Virus record (IMG/VR): IMGVR_UViG_3300028920_001945
Coordinates: 1 to 64,000 of that record
DNA from: a virus
Taxonomy: Duplodnaviria > Heunggongvirae > Uroviricota > Caudoviricetes
Strand: one strand, 5' to 3'
Length of the DNA: 64,000 nt
Positions 59,178 to 64,000 of the stretch are shown here, piece by piece (position 1 is the stretch's first letter; each line of letters opens with the position of its first letter). Both the position numbers and the translations under genes were made by a program. The notes under the pieces were generated by a model that had not been told where the DNA came from, ran no database searches, and saw only the letters and a list, made by a program, of their open reading frames with translations.

Positions 59178-59890
59178 GAAAAAAAATATTAGAATTGGCT
59201 ATGGAGACTAAGAATGGTCACATAGGAGGATCTCTATCCTGTATAGATGCAATAGATACAATATACAGCATAAAGAAGGATGAAGATAAATTTCTTTTAA
59301 GTAAGGGACATGCAACGTTAGCATTCTATACTATATTAAGAGAGCAAGGATTTAAACCCGATATTACAAAATTACATCCCGATATAGATATTAAGAATGG
59401 AATAGAAATAAGTTCAGGCTCATTAGGTCATGGACTTCCAATAGCAGTAGGTATGGCTCTATCAAAAAAGATTAAGAATGAGAATGGAATAATTTATGTA
59501 TTATTAGGAGATGGAGAATGTCAAGAAGGTACAACTTGGGAATCTCTATTATTTGCTGCTCAGCATAATTTATATAATCTCTGTATAATAATAGACTATA
59601 ATAAGTTACAGGCCATAGATTATGTTGAAGATGTTCTAGATATTGATAGTTTAATTAATAAAATTACTGCATTTAATTGTACTGCAATGCCAGTATTAGA
59701 TGGTCATAATACTGATAGTATAAAGAATGCCCTACAAAATACATCTAACTTCACCGTTAGAGAACCAAAAGTAATTATTCTACATACAATAAAGGGAAGT
59801 GGAGTTAATTATATGGAAAATGGTCTAGAATGGCATAATAAGTTGCCAGATAAAAAACAATTAAAAAAAGCTATGGAGGAGTTATCATGA
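59135..59890 (+). CDS. transketolase N-terminal (ThDP pyrophosphate-binding) subunit
   Basis: GHATLAFY, GSLGHGLPIAVGMAL and LGDGECQEG motifs. Confidence 0.85.
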   Translation: MATKKPTKPRQFYLRKKILELAMETKNGHIGGSLSCIDAIDTIYSIKKDEDKFLLSKGHATLAFYTILREQGFKPDITKLHPDIDIKNGIEISSGSLGHGLPIAVGMALSKKIKNENGIIYVLLGDGECQEGTTWESLLFAAQHNLYNLCIIIDYNKLQAIDYVEDVLDIDSLINKITAFNCTAMPVLDGHNTDSIKNALQNTSNFTVREPKVIILHTIKGSGVNYMENGLEWHNKLPDKKQLKKAMEELS

Positions 59891-60366
59891 GAAGGAGATT
59901 TGGAGAATGGATAGCCAAACAATCTTTAGATGATGATAGTATTTATCTTCTAGTTGGAGATATAGGATATGGAATATTTGATAAATTTAGAGAACAATCA
60001 CCCGATAGATTCATAAATGTTGGTTGTTGTGAACAGACCATGATAGGAATTGCAGCTGGTATGGCTTTAAGTGAATTGAAGCCTTATGTCTATACAATAA
60101 CTCCATTCTTAATAGAAAGAACCTTTGAGCAGATTAAAATAGATATAGACCTTAATAATGTAGATGTTAAACTTATAGGTTATGATGATTATGCCTCTCA
60201 AGGTCCTACCCATGAATTAGTTAAGAATGGAAACTATATGAAGATGTTTGAGAATATAGAAAGCTTTTGGCCAGTAGACTCTGATGAAGTTGAAGATTTT
60301 TTAAGATATTCTTATAAAAATAAAAAACCCACTTTTATGAGATTAAGAAAGGATAGGGGATGTTAA
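59887..60366 (+). CDS. transketolase pyrimidine-binding domain subunit (truncated, 159 aa)
   Basis: FINVGCCEQTMIGIAAGMAL...PFLIERTFEQIKIDI. The usual C-terminal domain is absent. Confidence 0.7.
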   Translation: MRRRFGEWIAKQSLDDDSIYLLVGDIGYGIFDKFREQSPDRFINVGCCEQTMIGIAAGMALSELKPYVYTITPFLIERTFEQIKIDIDLNNVDVKLIGYDDYASQGPTHELVKNGNYMKMFENIESFWPVDSDEVEDFLRYSYKNKKPTFMRLRKDRGC

Positions 60367-60486
60367 ACAATTATTCATAAATATAAAAATCGTAATTTAA
60401 TAGTTCCTGATTTTATTATAGCAGGAAACGAAAGATCTGGTACTAGTTATTTAAATATATGGTTAAATACACATGAGAATATATAT

Positions 60487-61137
60487 TTGCCAAAAAGACA
60501 TATATATTTTTATACAAAATATTGGAACAACGGAATAGATTGGTATGCAAATCAATTTAAAAATAAAAAAGTAAATATGAGAGCAAAATCAATTATAGGA
60601 GATCATACTCCAAATGAACTCTCATTTTATAAAAAACACGATACTCTCAAAAGAATGAAGGATACATTTCCAGATCTAAAAATTATAGTTTCCCTTAGAA
60701 ATCCAGTTGATAGAGCAGTATCGGCAGCAGTTCATCATAAGTTAGTAGATGGGACTGGTGGAAATAAACCTAATATTAATGAATACTTTGTTAAGGATGG
60801 AAAATATCTAGAACCTTCAGATGGCATATCCATTATTACAGAACGATGTATATACTGGAAATCAATTAAGGAACTGTATAATACATTTGATGAAGAACAA
60901 TTTAAGATAGTTATATTAGAAGACATTGCCAAAGATCCAAAAAAGGTATTGGATGATATATGTGAATTTCTTGGTGCAAGTAAAACAATTAAACCTGACA
61001 AAAGAAAATTCAATCAAAGAAAAAAGAATATTGATATTAAACCAGAAACTAGAAAAATTATGCTAGAATACTTTAAACCTCATAATGATAAATTGTTTAA
61101 GATAATAAATAGAAATATAGAGGAATGGGATTATTAG
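60487..61137 (+). CDS. sulfotransferase-family protein (annotated start doubtful)
   Basis: The track uses TTG at 60487. The in-frame upstream codons 60367-60486 encode the PAPS-binding loop IIAGNERSGTSYL but contain no ATG, GTG or TTG. The 3'-phosphate-binding region lies downstream. Confidence 0.6.
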   Translation: MPKRHIYFYTKYWNNGIDWYANQFKNKKVNMRAKSIIGDHTPNELSFYKKHDTLKRMKDTFPDLKIIVSLRNPVDRAVSAAVHHKLVDGTGGNKPNINEYFVKDGKYLEPSDGISIITERCIYWKSIKELYNTFDEEQFKIVILEDIAKDPKKVLDDICEFLGASKTIKPDKRKFNQRKKNIDIKPETRKIMLEYFKPHNDKLFKIINRNIEEWDY

Positions 61138-61140
61138 ATA

Positions 61141-61677
61141 ATGAAACAGATAAAGTTACATTTGGGATGCGGTAAGAAATACATACCAGGATTTATACAT
61201 ATAGATATAGAAAAATATGATCACATAGACTATAATACAGATGCATCAGATCTACACATGTTTAAAGACAATTCAGTTGATTTAATATATTCAGCACACC
61301 TTCTTGAACATTATAAGAGAAGAGATATAGATACTGTATTAAAGGAATGGTATAGAGTCCTAAAACCAGACGGTACCCTTAGATTAGCAGTACCTGATTT
61401 TGAAGCATTAATAAAGATATATAATAAATATAAAGATTTAGAGATGATAATGGGACCTCTTTATGGTAATAATGGAAAGTTAGATTCTCACTATATAACA
61501 TTTGACTTTAGATATTTATGTAAGAGATTAAGATTAATAGGCTTTAAGAATATACAAAGATATAACTGGAGAGAAACAATACATAAAAATTATGACGATT
61601 ATTCTCAGAGTTATATACCCCACTTAGATAAAGAGAATGGAATACTAATAAGTTTAAATGTTGAGGCAACTAAATGA
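61141..61677 (+). CDS. class I SAM-dependent methyltransferase
   Basis: LHLGCGKKYIPGFIHIDI motif I. Confidence 0.65.
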   Translation: MKQIKLHLGCGKKYIPGFIHIDIEKYDHIDYNTDASDLHMFKDNSVDLIYSAHLLEHYKRRDIDTVLKEWYRVLKPDGTLRLAVPDFEALIKIYNKYKDLEMIMGPLYGNNGKLDSHYITFDFRYLCKRLRLIGFKNIQRYNWRETIHKNYDDYSQSYIPHLDKENGILISLNVEATK

Positions 61678-62810
61678 GATCCGAATGGTCACCTGGAAAG
61701 AAGTGGAATCCATTCAATAGCTATAAATTATTAGCACAAGTATATAAATGGAGAGATATAGAAAGAGGAAAGAGAATACCATCTCCAACATTAGTTACAA
61801 TTGATCCAACTAATAACTGTAACTTTAATTGCATATGGTGTAATAGTGACTATATATTAAAGAGAAGAGATCAATATATATCTAAGAAATCTCTATTGAA
61901 TATTGCAGACTTCTTACCAAAATGGAGAAACGGTGTAGAGGCCGTTTGTATAGCAGGAGGAGGGGAATCCCTATTAAATCCAGCAACTTCAGATCTTATA
62001 GATAGATTAGTTGATAATGGAATAGAGGTAGGTGTAGTTACAAATGGAACTAATCTTAATAAGTATAAAGAATCATTATCAAAATGTACTTGGGTTGGAG
62101 TATCAGTAGATGCAGGAACACCAGAAACATTTCAGAAAATAAAGAAAGTAGATTACTTTGATAAAGTGATATCAAATATAAAAGAACTTATAGATTATTC
62201 TAATAAAAAAGATACAAGATTAGGAACGGACAGATCTGGATATGGAGTTAGTTATAAATATCTTTTACATCCATATAATTGTCAAGAAATATTAAAATCA
62301 GTTAAAATTGCTAGAGATATAGGATGTAAGAATTTTCACTTAAGACCTATGGGTATACCATGGGATAAATTAAATGAAGGTTCAGAAGTATTCGATTTAC
62401 CTTCTATAAGTACATTTCAAGATCAATTGGAGCAATCAAGAAAATATGAAACTGAAAAATTTGGGGTATATGGAGTTACTCATAAATTTGATTCTAAATT
62501 AAATATAGCTAATAAATTCAAAGAATGTTATGCAATCTTCATGACATGTGCCTTTATGCCAGGAACAGATGGCAACAAGAATAACTTTACTGTTGGTTTA
62601 TGTTGTGATAGAAGAGGAGACGAAAGATTAGAATTAGCTAGGAATATTTCCTCTATGAGCCAATTAGATGACCTCTGGGGCTCAGAAAAACATTGGGACA
62701 TATTTGATAACATTAACATGAAAGATTGTCCTAGATGTACGTATCAGCCTCATAATCAAATATATGAACATGTTATAAAGAATGATAGTATGACTTACAG
62801 ATTTATATGA
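61674..62810 (+). CDS. radical SAM enzyme
   Basis: CNFNCIWC Cx3Cx2C and AGGGESLLNP SAM-binding motif. Confidence 0.8.
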   Translation: MRSEWSPGKKWNPFNSYKLLAQVYKWRDIERGKRIPSPTLVTIDPTNNCNFNCIWCNSDYILKRRDQYISKKSLLNIADFLPKWRNGVEAVCIAGGGESLLNPATSDLIDRLVDNGIEVGVVTNGTNLNKYKESLSKCTWVGVSVDAGTPETFQKIKKVDYFDKVISNIKELIDYSNKKDTRLGTDRSGYGVSYKYLLHPYNCQEILKSVKIARDIGCKNFHLRPMGIPWDKLNEGSEVFDLPSISTFQDQLEQSRKYETEKFGVYGVTHKFDSKLNIANKFKECYAIFMTCAFMPGTDGNKNNFTVGLCCDRRGDERLELARNISSMSQLDDLWGSEKHWDIFDNINMKDCPRCTYQPHNQIYEHVIKNDSMTYRFI

Positions 62811-63382
62811 TTAAATTACACTTAGGTTGTGGACCAGTATATCTAGATGGATATATTAATATAGATATTAAGATAGATGATTACACGTGGTTAAAGGAAG
62901 AGAGACCAGATATACTAGATTATAATAGAACTACTCTAGATAAATATTATAAGTATGATTATTATAAGAGAAAACACAATCTAGCAGTTGTAGATGAATT
63001 TATGGATATTACTGAGATACCTTATAATTATAATAATGTAGATGAGATATTAATAATAAATACCTTTGAACATTTCAATAGATACGAATCAGTAAAACTT
63101 TTAGAAGAGTGGTATAGATTACTAAAGAAAGGTGGAAAGTTAATCATAGGAGGTATTCCAGATTTAGAGGGGACTATAGATCTTTTAAAAAGAGAAGAAA
63201 ATGAAGAATGGGTTATTAGTCTTATATATGGTAGTCAAAAGAATAACTTTGCATATCATAAGTGGGGGTATACATTTGAGTATTTAAAGGATATATGTTT
63301 AGAAATAGGGTTTAGGAATATAAAACAAATATCCATTATAGAACACGCTTATCCAACATTTAACATAGAGATGACCAAATGA
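62807..63382 (+). CDS. class I SAM-dependent methyltransferase (paralog of 61141-61677)
   Basis: MIKLHLGCGPVYLDGYINIDI motif I. Confidence 0.65.
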   Translation: MIKLHLGCGPVYLDGYINIDIKIDDYTWLKEERPDILDYNRTTLDKYYKYDYYKRKHNLAVVDEFMDITEIPYNYNNVDEILIINTFEHFNRYESVKLLEEWYRLLKKGGKLIIGGIPDLEGTIDLLKREENEEWVISLIYGSQKNNFAYHKWGYTFEYLKDICLEIGFRNIKQISIIEHAYPTFNIEMTK

Positions 63383-64000
63383 AGGGAATAATATTAAAAC
63401 AAAAATATAATGCATATACAGCAGGTAAGATATTTATAGATAATCTAATAAAGCACACTGATTCCAATGTGGTTGAATTTGATAATAAAAACTACTGTAG
63501 TAACAACTGGAAAGATATATATAATCAAATATCTAAATATAAGGATGCAAAATATATATTCTCAGGTATAGACTATTTTCTATATGAGAATGTAGAACCC
63601 CTACATAAATTTAATATTCCTCTTATAATGTCAGCTGGTAATTCATGGGAGAGATTAAAGGATAATAGATGGAGAAAATACGTTAAAAAACATCGGCCTT
63701 CTATAATAAGCTTAGATGATTGGTGCTCTAAGTGTGTTTATGAGGATATTCTAGATGTAGATGATTTACAATATATATGGAAACCATTTGATACCGATAT
63801 ATCTACAATAAAAGATTATCAGGAAAAAAAGATTTGGGATGTTTCATTATCAGGAAAACCATCTTATAAAGATAGACGATACTACGAAACTTTTATACCC
63901 ACTTTATCAGAAAAATTAAAATTTAAATTTAAAAGATTAGGAAGAAATTTTTCATTTGAAGATTATGCTAGGAACCTAAATAAAAGTTGGATGTCAATGA
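63379..64000 (+). CDS. hypothetical protein, N-terminal fragment (continues beyond window)
   Basis: ATG at 63379 overlaps the upstream stop. Open to the window end. Confidence 0.4.
   Translation, partial: MKGIILKQKYNAYTAGKIFIDNLIKHTDSNVVEFDNKNYCSNNWKDIYNQISKYKDAKYIFSGIDYFLYENVEPLHKFNIPLIMSAGNSWERLKDNRWRKYVKKHRPSIISLDDWCSKCVYEDILDVDDLQYIWKPFDTDISTIKDYQEKKIWDVSLSGKPSYKDRRYYETFIPTLSEKLKFKFKRLGRNFSFEDYARNLNKSWMSM

Noticed and set aside
1-64000. CRISPR array, integrase or transposase, RT or retron, and toxin-antitoxin pairs
   Set aside because: No spaced direct-repeat arrays were seen. No ORF shows tyrosine or serine recombinase, DDE or RT motifs. The only repeats are the two 10-bp copies at 11730 and 11770.
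1-64000. Stop-codon recoding (Lak-megaphage-like TAG to Gln) suggested by the phage tRNA-Gln
   Set aside because: The tRNA anticodon is the standard CUG, not CUA. Long ORFs are intact under the standard code, with TGA, TAA and TAG all used as stops at gene ends.
1-64000. Eukaryotic giant-virus (mimivirus-like) origin suggested by collagen-like protein, glycosylation genes, PolB, AEP primase and tRNAs
   Set aside because: AAGGAGG SDs sit 6-10 nt before most starts, ATGA start-stop coupling is pervasive and intrinsic terminators are present. Csp and YopX are prokaryotic, and there is no AAAATTGA early-promoter pattern. All of this indicates a prokaryotic virus.

Overview
The window is about 30% GC and carries roughly 120 tightly packed genes, every credible one on the + strand. 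Most adjacent genes overlap start to stop (ATGA junctions). Strong AAGGAGG-type Shine-Dalgarno sites and two hairpin-plus-T-tract terminators point to a large dsDNA prokaryotic virus, or a viral region, from a low-GC host. The host domain is ambiguous: the replication and recombination genes look archaeal or eukaryotic in type, whereas the terminators, Csp, YopX and the heptose pathway look bacterial. No capsid, terminase or tail genes are recognisable here. Modules: (1) 0.1-11.7 kb, small early-type genes including an RNA-ligase-like nucleotidyltransferase with a calcineurin-like phosphoesterase, a phage Dam-type N6-adenine methyltransferase, an SPFH/flotillin-like protein and an HNH endonuclease. 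(2) 11.9-25.5 kb, replication and recombination: DHH (RecJ/Cdc45-like) nuclease, RecA/RadA-like ATPase with a SWIM zinc finger, short XPF-type ERCC4-(HhH)2 nuclease, a 550-bp non-coding tRNA island, a collagen-like protein, a DEDD exonuclease, an archaeo-eukaryotic primase and a divergent family-B DNA polymerase. (3) 25.7-34.6 kb: glycosyltransferases, a CX5R phosphatase, MazG, a sulfotransferase, ribonucleotide reductase, a cold-shock protein, YopX and many CPxCG zinc-ribbon mini-proteins. (4) 34.8-40.7 kb, an unusual metabolic island: an alkaline-phosphatase-superfamily enzyme, FeoA, a TauE/SafE permease, an IDH/IPMDH-family dehydrogenase, a LeuA/homocitrate-synthase-like enzyme, an orphan LeuD-like small subunit and two tandem QueC-like PP-loop enzymes. 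(5) 46.4-64 kb, a self-contained heptose glycan island: transaldolase, a split minimal transketolase, GmhA, GHMP and PfkB kinases, a HAD phosphatase, a nucleotidyltransferase, epimerases, three radical-SAM enzymes, four methyltransferases, a sulfotransferase and a circularly permuted GTPase fused to a SIS domain.
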